Below are positions 19,912-29,690 of a DNA stretch of 64,000 bases, one piece after another; within the stretch, counting starts at the first letter, position 1, and each line of letters starts with the position of its first letter. The notes below the pieces were generated by a model that was not told the DNA's origin, searched no databases, and was given only the letters and a program-made list of their open reading frames with translations. A program made the translations under genes and the position numbers. The stretch comes from Longimicrobiales bacterium. GTDB lineage: Bacteria; Gemmatimonadota; Gemmatimonadetes; Longimicrobiales; Gaopeijiaceae. Location of the stretch: assembly GCA_965203485.1 (NCBI GenBank), contig OZ241892.1, forward strand, positions 1,376,001-1,440,000, read 5' to 3'.

Positions 19912-20957
19912 CGCGCCGTTTCCGATCCGCTCGCGCGGGGCGCCCCGGAAGGGAGCGCAGGGCGAACGGAAACGGGCGTCAGCTCGCCGTCGATGATCTC
20001 CGCCAACGCTTCTTCCTTTCGCCAATGCGCTTCGAGTTCGGCCAGCTCCATCTCGAGCAGGCGCTTCTCGCGCTCCTCGTGCACAGCGATCTCGAGCGCG
20101 ATGCGGCCGATGCGCCCCAGGTCGCCGAACGCCCGCGAACTCGGCACGATCTTCGACGCGATCCGCTCGGGACCGCCGCCGACCTCGATCAGCCTCGACG
20201 CCTCCTCCACGCGGCGACTCGACGCGCCGGAGAAGTGATGGTACGCGAGAGCCCGGCCCAACGCACGCGCGCCCTCGCGGCCGGTCAGCGCCAAGCCGGA
20301 TTCTCCCCGCGGCTCCCGCCTCGCGCACCACGGGCACGGAATCGTCACCGCGAGACCACCCTCTCGCGCGGACAGCACGAGCTGCTTCCGGTCCTTGAAG
20401 GACAACGAATCCATGCGGAGGCCGCAACGCGGACAGCGCCCCCGCCCGCGCCATGCCACGCGGCCGAACCGCAGCCATCGAGCCGCCCCGACCACGGCGT
20501 CCGGCAAGCGGTCCCACAAGAGCCACGCCGTGAAGAAGCTCATTCCGCCGGTCGCGACCGAACCGAGGCCGGCGGCCGCGGCGCCCACCGCGGCCGCCGT
20601 CGTGAGCTTCTTGTGGCGGTCGCGGCGTTCGCGCAGCTCCCGGCCGTAGCGCCACCACGCTTCCTCGGCCAGGCCCGCGCGCCCGACGCGGACGATTTCG
20701 ATCCCGCCAGCCCGCAGGAGCGCGACGTTGTCGGTCTCGGCCAGCAGACGCGCCCGGTCGGCGACGAGCCGCTCCAATGCATCCAGCGCCTCCCACCGCG
20801 ACTCGATCGGAGCCAGCGACCACCGCTTGCAGGTCCGGCAGATCGCCCAGAGGCGTCCGCGCAACGGATCGTACGCCACGCGGTTGCCGGTCGCCACGCC
20901 CTCCAGCGCCTCGGCGCGCTCGAACGGCCTGTTGCAGATCAGGCACTTGTCGTACAT
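19908..20957 (-). CDS. Hypothetical protein with two CxxC pairs, a hydrophobic segment and a C-terminal coiled coil
   Basis: CLIC...CRTC and CPRC...CPWC, hydrophobic AAAVGAAAAGLG...FFTAWLLW, EREKRLLEMELAELEAHWRKEE. Normal coding-type codon pattern. Confidence 0.75.
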   Translation of the reverse strand: MYDKCLICNRPFERAEALEGVATGNRVAYDPLRGRLWAICRTCKRWSLAPIESRWEALDALERLVADRARLLAETDNVALLRAGGIEIVRVGRAGLAEEAWWRYGRELRERRDRHKKLTTAAAVGAAAAGLGSVATGGMSFFTAWLLWDRLPDAVVGAARWLRFGRVAWRGRGRCPRCGLRMDSLSFKDRKQLVLSAREGGLAVTIPCPWCARREPRGESGLALTGREGARALGRALAYHHFSGASSRRVEEASRLIEVGGGPERIASKIVPSSRAFGDLGRIGRIALEIAVHEEREKRLLEMELAELEAHWRKEEALAEIIDGELTPVSVRPALPSGAPRASGSETAR

Positions 20958-21030
20958 GCTTCGGGCCGACTCCCGTCTTGCCTCCGCCGGCTTCCCGTTC
21001 TCCCGGCCACCCGCCGGCCCCCGGCACGCC

Positions 21031-21627
21031 ATGCTCGCAGTCATCGACAACTACGACTCCTTCACGTGGAACCTAGTGCAGGCGTTCGGCGGCCTGGGCC
21101 AGCAACCGCGGGTCTTTCGCAACGACGCCGTTGCGGTTGCCGACTTGCTGGAAGCGGGCGTCGACCGGTTGGTGGTCTCGCCCGGGCCGTGCACGCCTGC
21201 GGAGGCGGGCGTCAGCGTGGAGGCGGTCCGCGAACTCGGCCCCCGCGTTCCCACCCTGGGCGTCTGCCTGGGGCACCAGGCCATCGGCGAAGCCTATGGA
21301 GGAAGGACCGTTCCCGCCGCGCGCTGCGTGCACGGAAAGGTCGGCGCCGTCGAGCACGCCGGCGACGCGCTCTTCGCCGGACTGCCGTCGCCGCTTCGCG
21401 TGGCCCGCTACCACTCTCTGGTCGCGTCGCCCGACCTGCCGCCCGGCTTGGAGCCCATCGCTTGGAGCGCCGAAGCCGCCGACCGGGGCGAGGTGCAGGC
21501 GATGCGGCACCGGGAGCACCCCGTGTGGGGCGTCCAGTTTCATCCCGAATCCTGGTTCACGGAGGGCGGGACGCGCATTCTGCGGAACTTCCTGGCAATG
21601 CGGCCCTCGGGAGACGCTGGGCCGTGA
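21031..21627 (+). CDS. Anthranilate/aminodeoxychorismate synthase glutamine amidotransferase (TrpG/PabA)
   Basis: IDNYDSFTWNL, SPGPC, GVCLGHQ, RYHSL, GVQFHPES. Confidence 0.95.
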   Translation: MLAVIDNYDSFTWNLVQAFGGLGQQPRVFRNDAVAVADLLEAGVDRLVVSPGPCTPAEAGVSVEAVRELGPRVPTLGVCLGHQAIGEAYGGRTVPAARCVHGKVGAVEHAGDALFAGLPSPLRVARYHSLVASPDLPPGLEPIAWSAEAADRGEVQAMRHREHPVWGVQFHPESWFTEGGTRILRNFLAMRPSGDAGP

Positions 21628-22385
21628 CGCGCGTCCTGGGCGTGATTCCAGCACGGATCGGATCGACCCGCCTGCCGCGCAAGCCGCTTCGCCTTCTCTG
21701 CGGCCAGCCGATGATCGTGCGCGTCTGGCGCCGGGCGCGGGGGCTCGTCGAACGCTTGGTGGTGGCCACCGACTCGGACGAGATTCGCCGCGTGTGCGCC
21801 GACGCCGGGGCCGAGGTCGTGATGACGGACGCCGGTCACCCGTCGGGGACCGACCGCGTGGCCGCCGCCGTCGCCGCATGCGGGACGGAGTGCGACGTCG
21901 TCGTCAACGTCCAGGGCGACGAACCCCTCCTGGAGCCCGGCGCCGTGCGGACGGCCGTGGCCATGGTCGAAGCGGGATTCGCAGTGGGCACGTGCGCCAC
22001 TCCGGTGCGCGACGAGGCCGAACTCGGCGACCCGTCGGTGGTCAAGGTCGCGGCGACGAAGGAGGGCAGGGCGTTATACTTCTCGAGAGCGCCGATACCC
22101 CATTGTCGCGAAGGCTTCGGACCGCACCGCGCTCGGCGACCGGGTCTTCACCTGCGGCACGTCGGGACCTACGCCTACCGTCTTGAGTCCTTGATGCAGT
22201 TCGTCCGCTTCGGCCCTTCGCCGCTGGAAGCCGCGGAGGGCCTCGAGCAATTGCGCGCCTTGGAGAACGGAATCGAGATCGGCGTGGGCGTGATCCCGAG
22301 CGCCGAACCGGGCGTGGACACCGAGGAGGACCTGCGCCGCGCGGAACGGCGGATTGGGGCGCTGGCGAGGGCGGCCGCGCGGTGA
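21624..22385 (+). CDS. kdsB: CMP-KDO synthetase
   Basis: IPARIGSTRLPRKPL, HPSGTDR, VNVQGDEP, ALYFSRAPIP, LEQLRALE, GVDT.ED. Confidence 0.96.
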   Translation: MTRVLGVIPARIGSTRLPRKPLRLLCGQPMIVRVWRRARGLVERLVVATDSDEIRRVCADAGAEVVMTDAGHPSGTDRVAAAVAACGTECDVVVNVQGDEPLLEPGAVRTAVAMVEAGFAVGTCATPVRDEAELGDPSVVKVAATKEGRALYFSRAPIPHCREGFGPHRARRPGLHLRHVGTYAYRLESLMQFVRFGPSPLEAAEGLEQLRALENGIEIGVGVIPSAEPGVDTEEDLRRAERRIGALARAAAR

Positions 22386-24112
22386 GAGGCGCAACGAGGG
22401 CCGCTTCGGACGGCGCCAAGTTCGTATTCGTCACCGGCGGAGTCGTTTCGTCGCTGGGCAAGGGGATCGCAGCCGCTTCCTTGGGGCTTCTCCTCAAGGA
22501 GCGCGGATTGCGCGTGACGCTCCAGAAGCTCGACCCCTACATCAACGTCGATCCGGGCACGCTCTCGCCTCTGCAGCACGGCGAGGTCTTCGTCACCGAC
22601 GACGGCGCCGAGACGGACCTGGACCTGGGGCACTACGAGCGCTTCGTGGACGCCAGCCTGTCGCAGGCCAACAACGCCACCACGGGCAGCGTCTACCGCA
22701 CGGTCATCGAGCGCGAGCGGCGGGGCGACTATCTGGGCCGGACCGTGCAGGTAGTCCCCCACATCACGGACGAGATCAAGCGTTGCGTGCACGCGGTCGC
22801 CGACGGCCACGACGTCGTCATCTCGGAGGTGGGCGGCACCGTGGGCGACATCGAGAGCTTGCCGTTCCTGGAAGCGATCCGGCAGTTCCGCCAGGAAGTC
22901 GGGCCCCGCAACGCGCTCCACGTGCACCTCACGCTCGTGCCCTACATCGGAGCCGCGGGCGAGCTCAAGACCAAGCCGACGCAGCACTCGGTCCGCGAGC
23001 TGATGCAGACGGGGATACAGCCGGCCGTGCTGGTCTGCCGCACGGAGCATCCGCTGGGCGAGGCCACGAAGGCCAAGATCGCCGGTTTCACCAACGTCGA
23101 CCCGGCGGGCGTCGTCGAAGCCCGCGACGTCGAGACCATCTACGAGGTGCCGCTCGAGTTTCGGCGCCAGCGGCTCGACGACTTCGTGCTGTCCTGGTTC
23201 GGCGTGCAGGCGCCCGCGCCCGACTTGGCGCCGTGGACGCGCATCGTCGAGCGCATCAAGTCTCCTTCCGGGGGCCGGGCGCGCATCGCGGTGGTCGGCA
23301 AGTACACGAAGTTGGTCGACGCCTACAAGTCCGTCGAGCAAGCGCTGGTTCACGGAGGCGTCCGCAACGACGCCCAGGTCGAGATCGGCTGGATCTCGAG
23401 CGAGGATCTGGAGGAGGACCTCGATCCCGACTTCCTGGCCGAGTACGACGGCCTGCTGGTGCCCGGCGGATTCGGCGACCGGGGCATCGAGGGCATGATC
23501 CGGGCGGTCGGCTGGGCGCGGGGCAACGGACTGCCCTTCCTGGGCATCTGCCTGGGCCTCCAGTGCGCGGTGATCGAGTTCGCGCGCAACGTCTGCGGCA
23601 TGGACCGGGCCGACTCCTTCGAATTCGATCCGTCGTCGCCGCACCCGGTCATCTGCCTGATGGACGCGCAGCGCAACGTCACCACGAAGGGAGGCACCAT
23701 GCGGTTGGGCGCCTATCGGGCCAAGCTGGCGCCCGGTTCCACGGCGGCGCGCGTCTACGGCTCGGACGCGGTCGACGAGCGCCATCGCCACCGCTACGAG
23801 GTCAACAACGACTATCGGGCCTTGCTTGCGGAGCGGGGGATGCGCTTCTGCGCCACGTCGCTGGACGACAAGCTGGTGGAGATGATCGAATTGCCGGGCC
23901 ACCCGTGGTTTGTTGCCGGTCAGTTTCATCCGGAGCTGAAGAGCCGGCCCACCCGCGCCCACCCGCTGTTCGCGGCGTTTGTCGAAGCGGCGTGCGCGCG
24001 ACGGGCCGCGGGCGGCGGCGGCGCTGCAGGGGCGGCGCCGGGGTGCGCGGAGGATCCCGGTCCCGCCCTCGCGGAAGGCGCCGCTCGCGGGACGGCGTTG
24101 TTGCCGGGCTGA
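22382..24112 (+). CDS. pyrG: CTP synthase
   Basis: KFVFVTGGVVSSLGKG, KLDPYINVDPG, KTKPTQHS, GICLG, RHRHRYE, QFHPE. Confidence 0.98.
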   Translation: MRGATRAASDGAKFVFVTGGVVSSLGKGIAAASLGLLLKERGLRVTLQKLDPYINVDPGTLSPLQHGEVFVTDDGAETDLDLGHYERFVDASLSQANNATTGSVYRTVIERERRGDYLGRTVQVVPHITDEIKRCVHAVADGHDVVISEVGGTVGDIESLPFLEAIRQFRQEVGPRNALHVHLTLVPYIGAAGELKTKPTQHSVRELMQTGIQPAVLVCRTEHPLGEATKAKIAGFTNVDPAGVVEARDVETIYEVPLEFRRQRLDDFVLSWFGVQAPAPDLAPWTRIVERIKSPSGGRARIAVVGKYTKLVDAYKSVEQALVHGGVRNDAQVEIGWISSEDLEEDLDPDFLAEYDGLLVPGGFGDRGIEGMIRAVGWARGNGLPFLGICLGLQCAVIEFARNVCGMDRADSFEFDPSSPHPVICLMDAQRNVTTKGGTMRLGAYRAKLAPGSTAARVYGSDAVDERHRHRYEVNNDYRALLAERGMRFCATSLDDKLVEMIELPGHPWFVAGQFHPELKSRPTRAHPLFAAFVEAACARRAAGGGGAAGAAPGCAEDPGPALAEGAARGTALLPG

Positions 24113-24140
24113 GGACCCGGGATTCCGGCCAGTGTTTCTG

Positions 24141-24941
24141 ATGGACGGCTTCGCGTTGTTCGCGGGACCCTGCGTGCTGGAAGACGAGGCGCTCAACTTG
24201 CGCGTGGCCGAGGGCGTGCGGGACGCGGCGGCCGACGCCGGGTTGCCCGTCGTGTTCAAGGCGTCGTTCGACAAGGCGAACCGGTCGCGCTCGGCCTCGG
24301 CCCGGGGTCCGGGGCTGGCCGCCGGGTTGCCGTTGCTGCGCGCCGTGCGCGAGACGACCGGGATGCCCGTGCTGACCGACGTTCACGAGGTCGCGCAGGC
24401 CGAGCCGGCGGCGGAAGTGGCCGACGTCTTGCAAGTGCCCGCCTTTCTCTGCCGCCAGACCGACCTGCTGCGGGCCGCCGGGCGCACAGGGAAGGTGGTG
24501 AACTTGAAGAAAGGGCAGTGGATGTCGCCCGAGGCGATGGCGGGCGCCGTGGAGAAGGTCCTCGAGGCGGGTGCGGCGCAAGCGCTGGTCACCGAGCGCG
24601 GCACGGCCTTTGGCTACGGCGATCTGGTGGTGGACATGCGCTCGTTCGGACGCATTCGCCGGGTTGCCGATGCCCCGGTGATCTTCGACGGGACGCATTC
24701 GGTCCAGCGGCCGGGGCGCGGGCGGGACGGCTCCTCGGGCGGGACGCCCGAGCATGTCGGCCCGCTGGTTCGCGCGGCCGTGGCGGCGGGTTGCGACGGA
24801 CTGTTCCTGGAAGCGCACCCGGCTCCGGACCGCGCCCCCTCCGACGGCGCCACCATGTTGCCTTTGCACGAGTTGCCCGCGCTCTTGCGCTCGGTCGCGG
24901 CAATCCGGGCCGCGCTGGCGCCGGGCCCGGAGGCGGCGTGA
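24141..24941 (+). CDS. kdsA: KDO-8-phosphate synthase
   Basis: AGPCVLE, KASFDKANRS, PAFLCRQTDL, KKGQ, TERG, DGTHSVQ.P. Confidence 0.96.
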   Translation: MDGFALFAGPCVLEDEALNLRVAEGVRDAAADAGLPVVFKASFDKANRSRSASARGPGLAAGLPLLRAVRETTGMPVLTDVHEVAQAEPAAEVADVLQVPAFLCRQTDLLRAAGRTGKVVNLKKGQWMSPEAMAGAVEKVLEAGAAQALVTERGTAFGYGDLVVDMRSFGRIRRVADAPVIFDGTHSVQRPGRGRDGSSGGTPEHVGPLVRAAVAAGCDGLFLEAHPAPDRAPSDGATMLPLHELPALLRSVAAIRAALAPGPEAA

Positions 24942-24982
24942 CGGGGGCGCCGACAGTTGCCAAGGAGGGTGGGCTAGGCGCC

Positions 24983-25534
24983 ATGCCGATCGCCGCCGAG
25001 TTGGCCCGCCGGGTTCGCCTCGTGATGTTGGATGTGGACGGCGTGCTCACGGACGGAGGTATCTACATTGGTGCTATGCAATATGATACACCAATCGAGT
25101 TAAAGCGCTTTCACGTCGAGGACGGGATTGCCGTTCGCATGCTCCGGAAGGTGGGCATCCATGTCGCCATCGTGTCGGGCCGGGTGTCGGAAGCGACCAA
25201 CCTGCGGGCCCGGGAGCTGGAGATCGCCGACGTGATTCAGGACGGCAACGCGTGCAAGCTGCCCGCCGTCGAGAGACTGCTGGAGCGGTTGGGCGTGGAC
25301 TGGTCCGAGACGGCTCACCTGGGCGACGACTTGGCGGACCTTCCGTTGCTTCGCCGCGTCGGCTTGCCGGCTACCGTGGCCAACGGCGTGCCGGAAATCC
25401 GCCGTCTCGCTGTCTGGCAGGGCTTGCGGCGAGGAGGACAGGGCGCGGCCAGGGAGTTCGCGGAGGCGATTCTCACAGCGCGAGGCGACTGGGACAGGCT
25501 GGTCGATGAGTACTGCCGCGAGCGTGGCGACTAG
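24983..25534 (+). CDS. kdsC: KDO-8-phosphate phosphatase (HAD family)
   Basis: LDVDGVLTDG, F.V.DG, GDDLAD, GG.GA.RE. The start could be GTG 24938. Confidence 0.93.
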   Translation: MPIAAELARRVRLVMLDVDGVLTDGGIYIGAMQYDTPIELKRFHVEDGIAVRMLRKVGIHVAIVSGRVSEATNLRARELEIADVIQDGNACKLPAVERLLERLGVDWSETAHLGDDLADLPLLRRVGLPATVANGVPEIRRLAVWQGLRRGGQGAAREFAEAILTARGDWDRLVDEYCRERGD

Positions 25535-26495
25535 CGTCGGCGGAGGTGCGCTGGCTGAAGGCGTCCGGGTCCTGCGAATGGAGGCCGCGGCGGTGGACGC
25601 GCTGGCCGGGCGGATCGGGCCGGAGTTCGAACGGGCCGTGGAGCTGGTGGCGGAGACGGAAGGGCGCGTGGTCGTGTCGGGCGTCGGCAAGTCGGGGATC
25701 GTCGCGCGCAAGGTCGCGGCGACCCTGACCTCGACGGGCACGCCGGCCGTCTTCGTGCATCCGGTGGACGCGTTGCACGGCGACTTGGGGCTCGTGGGAG
25801 CCGGCGACGTGATGGTGGTGCTTTCGAAGAGCGGCGCGACGGCCGAGCTGCACGGCCTGCTCGAGTTCGCAGAGGCGCGCCGCGTCCCTGTCGTCGCTTT
25901 CGCGGGGGACGCTCGCTCGCCGCTTGCCCGGCAGGCTGCCGCGACGCTCGACTGCGGCGTCGCCGAAGAGGCGTGCCCGATGGGCTTGGCTCCCACGTCG
26001 TCCACGACGGCGGCGCTGGCGATGGGCGACGCCCTGGCGGTGGCCGTCCTGGCCCGGCGTGGATTCGGGGCCGACGACTTCGCCGGCATCCACCCCGGCG
26101 GCGCCTTGGGCAGGCGGCTCAAGTTGCGCGTGCGCGACGTGATGGAGGCGGGAGACTATCCTGCGGCCGCTCCGGACGCGTGCGCCCGGGACGTGATCGT
26201 GCCCCTTGCGCGGATGCGGGGCACGGTGCCGGTGATCGACGCGGCTCGCTCCGTAGTCGGGGTCGTGACCGCCGGAGATCTGACGCGGCTCATGGAGCGC
26301 GCGAAGGACTTCCTCGACGTGCCAGTCTCCGAGTTCATGGCCCGCGCGCCGAAGGTGGCCGCCCCGGAGGAGCGCGCCGCGGCGGCCGTTCGCCGCATGG
26401 AGGAGCACGGCGTCATGGCGTTGCCGGTGGTCGGAGACGACGGCCTCGAGGGCATCGTGCACCTGCACGACCTGTTGCGGGCGGGCGCGGCGTGA
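25506..26495 (+). CDS. kdsD: Arabinose-5-phosphate isomerase (KpsF/GutQ, SIS+CBS)
   Basis: GVGKSG, STGTPA, HGDLG, APTSST, HPGGALG, CBS pair. Confidence 0.95.
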   Translation: MSTAASVATSVGGGALAEGVRVLRMEAAAVDALAGRIGPEFERAVELVAETEGRVVVSGVGKSGIVARKVAATLTSTGTPAVFVHPVDALHGDLGLVGAGDVMVVLSKSGATAELHGLLEFAEARRVPVVAFAGDARSPLARQAAATLDCGVAEEACPMGLAPTSSTTAALAMGDALAVAVLARRGFGADDFAGIHPGGALGRRLKLRVRDVMEAGDYPAAAPDACARDVIVPLARMRGTVPVIDAARSVVGVVTAGDLTRLMERAKDFLDVPVSEFMARAPKVAAPEERAAAAVRRMEEHGVMALPVVGDDGLEGIVHLHDLLRAGAA

Positions 26496-27166
26496 CGCGA
26501 GCCGCGCGGCGCTTCGGGCTCGCGGGCGCCCGGACGGACGGACACGGAGCCTGGGCGAGCCGCGCGGCGGCCGCCGCCCTGCCGCGGCATGGGGCGACGG
26601 CCTCCGGGTTCACGCCGCGGCTTTCGCTCGTCGCAACGGCGGCCCGGTCCCGGCCGCCCTGGGTCTTGGCCGCCGTCGTGGCGGCCTGCGGGCCCGATGC
26701 GGCCGAACGAACGGGGCCGGGCGGGCTCGCGCCGACGTCGGCCGATGAAGTCACGTTCGACGTCACGCACGTGGTCTCGGTCGACGGCGTCAGAGAAGCG
26801 CGCCTGCGGGCCGACAGCATGCTGGCCTGGCGGGACTCGGCCCATGTCGTGCTCGGACGCATGGAGCTGGCGATCTTCGACGAGCAGGGCAGGGCGCGCG
26901 CCACAATCACCGCCGATTCCGGGCGTCTGCTTCGTCGGACCGACGAGCTGACCGCCATGGGCAATGCCCGGCTGGTGGTCGCGGCCGAGGACCTCGAGAT
27001 ATCGAGTTCCATTTTGCGCTTCGCGCCCGCGTCCGACCGGGTGTGGAGCGACAGCGCCGTCGTGATGCGCAAGGAGCAGTGCCGAGTGGAAGGGGATCGC
27101 TTCGAGGCCGACTTGAACTTCGACGACGTGACGATCGGCGGCACGCAGGAGCGAGGGTGCGGATGA
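26492..27166 (+). CDS. lptC: LPS export protein LptC
   Basis: Lipoprotein-like VVAAC, beta-jellyroll (ARLRADS, ITADSG, A.GN, VWSDSAV). Position between kdsD and lptA/lptB. Start uncertain. Confidence 0.75.
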   Translation: MTRAARRFGLAGARTDGHGAWASRAAAAALPRHGATASGFTPRLSLVATAARSRPPWVLAAVVAACGPDAAERTGPGGLAPTSADEVTFDVTHVVSVDGVREARLRADSMLAWRDSAHVVLGRMELAIFDEQGRARATITADSGRLLRRTDELTAMGNARLVVAAEDLEISSSILRFAPASDRVWSDSAVVMRKEQCRVEGDRFEADLNFDDVTIGGTQERGCG

Positions 27167-28836
27167 TCCGGTCGCGGGTTCTGCCCGGCCGCCGGGCCGC
27201 CGGGCGCGGAGCGCGGTCGCGGCGGTCGGCAAGCTGGGTTCCGCGACCCGGCAGACCGCTCTTGGCTTGGACGCCGTTGGTCCTCGGCTCGCCGCTAGGC
27301 CAGGACGCGCCCCAGGACGCCGACTGCCGACTCCACGGAGTGGGCGCCTATTCGCGGAGCGTGCGCATTTCCGGCTCCGACAACTACCGGCATCACGGAT
27401 CGGGCGGCATCGACTACCGTTGCGACGACGGCGTGCGGATCCGGGGCGATTCGGCCGTCGTCTTCGAGGCCGACAACCAGATACACCTTTTTGGAAGCGT
27501 GCGGTTCGCCGACCGGAGCAGCGAGCTGGAAGCCGACAGCGCGTTCTACTTCGGCGCGGACAAGCAGCTGCGCGCTTGGGGCGACATCAGGGTCGAGGAT
27601 CACGCGAGCGGAGCGATCATCACCGGCCAGACGCTCAACTACTTTCGCGGATCCGCAATCCGCGCGCTCGACCGGCTGGACGTGTACGAGGGACGGCCCC
27701 ACGCCACGGTGCGCCCGCCGCGGCCGCTCCAGCCCGGCGGCGCCCGCGCGGACCCCGATTCGGCGCGCGCGGGAGCGTCCGGCGAAGCCGCGGCCGAGGA
27801 TCCCGAAGCGAGCGCCGCCGTCCCCTACGAGATCGACGCCGATCACTTCGTGCTCGAAGGAAGACGCTTCTTTCGGGCGCGAGACAACGTGGTCGTCGTT
27901 AGGGACTCGATCAGAATCACCGGCGACACGCTCGTCTACGACCTCGAGGGCGGCCTGATGACCGTTTCCGGCAACGCCCGCGTGGAAGAACAGGACTTCG
28001 TGCTGACGGCGCCGTCGCTGACCGCGCGGCCGGCCGGGCGCGGCGACGTGGTCCTGGCGCGCGGAGGCGCTCAACTGACGGGCCGAAGCATGCTGATGCT
28101 GGCCCCGGCCATCCGGGTCTTTCTCGCCGGAGGCGCCGCCGACCGCCTGTTGGCGCTGAGTCGCGTGCCGGCCTCCGAGCCGGTGTCCGCGCTGTCGCCC
28201 GACGACATGGTGGGGCTTTCGCCGGGCGACCAAGCACGCCTGCGGAGCCTCGTCCAGCGCGATGCGGACGCGGATGCCTCCGCAGCCCCGCCCGTCCAGC
28301 CTTCCGTCTCGACCACGGCCTTCAACCTGTGGGCCGACTCCATCGAGGTCGTTGCACCCGCCCAGGCGCTGGACGTCGTCAACGCGGTGGGCGCCGCCCG
28401 CGCGGAGACGCTGTCCAACCAGGCGGCCGCCGACTGGAACGCGCCGGAAGTTGCGGCCAAGGACTGGATGAAGGGGGACACGATCATCGCCCGGTTCGCC
28501 CCTGGCGAGCCCGCGGCGCCCGGCGAGCCGCCGTCCGCCCGGTTGGAGACCCTGACGGCTTCGGGCGGCGCCACGAGCTTCTACCGGTTGGCGCCGTCCG
28601 ACACGCTGGAGTCCGCCGGGGCCGCGCCGTCCCCCGCGCTCCACTATGTTGCGGGCGACCGCATCACGGTGCTGCTCGAGGGAGGCGAAGTGGTCCAAAT
28701 GGACGTGGAGGGCGCGACGGTGGGCCATCACTGGGAGCCCGCGCCGCCCGTGGCGGACACGGCCGCGCCGCCGCCCGACACCACCGGCCGAGGCGGCGCC
28801 GCGCCCGCGCTCGCTGGACGACGCCCGTGGACGTAG
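27163..28836 (+). CDS. Extended OstA/LptA-like LPS transport protein
   Basis: Repeated beta-jellyroll units (I.GDSA, LEADSA, I.GDTL.Y, GNARV, M.GDTI, VAGDRI), located between lptC and lptB. Confidence 0.75.
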   Translation: MIRSRVLPGRRAAGRGARSRRSASWVPRPGRPLLAWTPLVLGSPLGQDAPQDADCRLHGVGAYSRSVRISGSDNYRHHGSGGIDYRCDDGVRIRGDSAVVFEADNQIHLFGSVRFADRSSELEADSAFYFGADKQLRAWGDIRVEDHASGAIITGQTLNYFRGSAIRALDRLDVYEGRPHATVRPPRPLQPGGARADPDSARAGASGEAAAEDPEASAAVPYEIDADHFVLEGRRFFRARDNVVVVRDSIRITGDTLVYDLEGGLMTVSGNARVEEQDFVLTAPSLTARPAGRGDVVLARGGAQLTGRSMLMLAPAIRVFLAGGAADRLLALSRVPASEPVSALSPDDMVGLSPGDQARLRSLVQRDADADASAAPPVQPSVSTTAFNLWADSIEVVAPAQALDVVNAVGAARAETLSNQAAADWNAPEVAAKDWMKGDTIIARFAPGEPAAPGEPPSARLETLTASGGATSFYRLAPSDTLESAGAAPSPALHYVAGDRITVLLEGGEVVQMDVEGATVGHHWEPAPPVADTAAPPPDTTGRGGAAPALAGRRPWT

Positions 28837-29681
28837 CGCGCTCCGCAGGCAGGACCGCCGCGCCCGCGCCGCACGCTCTCGGGGTCGCGGGCTCGTCCTC
28901 CGTCTCTCCCGGCGCAGGGCAGGCCCCTGCGCGATTGCGCGGCGAACGCCTCACGAAGATCTACCGCAAGACGGCCGTAGTGTCCGAGGTGGACATCTCG
29001 GTCCGCCAGCGCGAGATCGTCGGCCTTCTGGGGCCGAACGGCGCAGGCAAGACCACCCTCTTCTACATGCTGGTGGGCCTGATCCCTCCGAACGGCGGCC
29101 GAGTCTTTCTGGACGGCCGGGAACTCACCAGCGTGCCGATGTACAAGCGCGCCCGCCTGGGTGTGGGCTACCTGTCGCAGGAGCCCTCGGTGTTTCGCAA
29201 GCTCACGGTGGCGCAGAACGTGATGGCCATCCTCGAGACGCTGGACCTTTCGCGCAGGGAGCGTGCCGAGCGCCTGGACCGGCTCCTCGACGAACTCTCG
29301 ATCGGCCACCTCCGCGCGGCGAAGGCGTACACGCTGTCGGGAGGCGAGCGCCGCCGGCTGGAGATCACGCGCGCGCTCGTGCAGCGCCCCAAGTTCATGC
29401 TCCTCGACGAGCCGTTCGCGGGAATCGACCCCATCGCCGTCAACGACATCCAGGAAATCGTGTCGCGGCTGAGGACGCGCGACATCGGGGTCATCGTCTC
29501 GGACCACAACGTCGAGCAGACGCTCGACATCGTGGACAGGGCGTTCATCATGTACGAGGGCCGGATCAGGTGCAGCGGCACTGTACCGGAGCTCGTGTGG
29601 AACGACGAGGTGGCCGATCTCTACTTGGGCCCGAGCCTCACTGCGCGCATGAGGACGAGGTTCCCTCCTTCTGGGGCCTGA
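28827..29681 (+). CDS. lptB: LPS export ABC transporter ATP-binding protein
   Basis: GLLGPNGAGKTT, GYLSQEPSVFRKL, LSGGERRR, LLDEPFAGIDP, SDHNV. Confidence 0.96.
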   Translation: MDVARSAGRTAAPAPHALGVAGSSSVSPGAGQAPARLRGERLTKIYRKTAVVSEVDISVRQREIVGLLGPNGAGKTTLFYMLVGLIPPNGGRVFLDGRELTSVPMYKRARLGVGYLSQEPSVFRKLTVAQNVMAILETLDLSRRERAERLDRLLDELSIGHLRAAKAYTLSGGERRRLEITRALVQRPKFMLLDEPFAGIDPIAVNDIQEIVSRLRTRDIGVIVSDHNVEQTLDIVDRAFIMYEGRIRCSGTVPELVWNDEVADLYLGPSLTARMRTRFPPSGA

Positions 29682-29690
29682 CGGCCCGCG

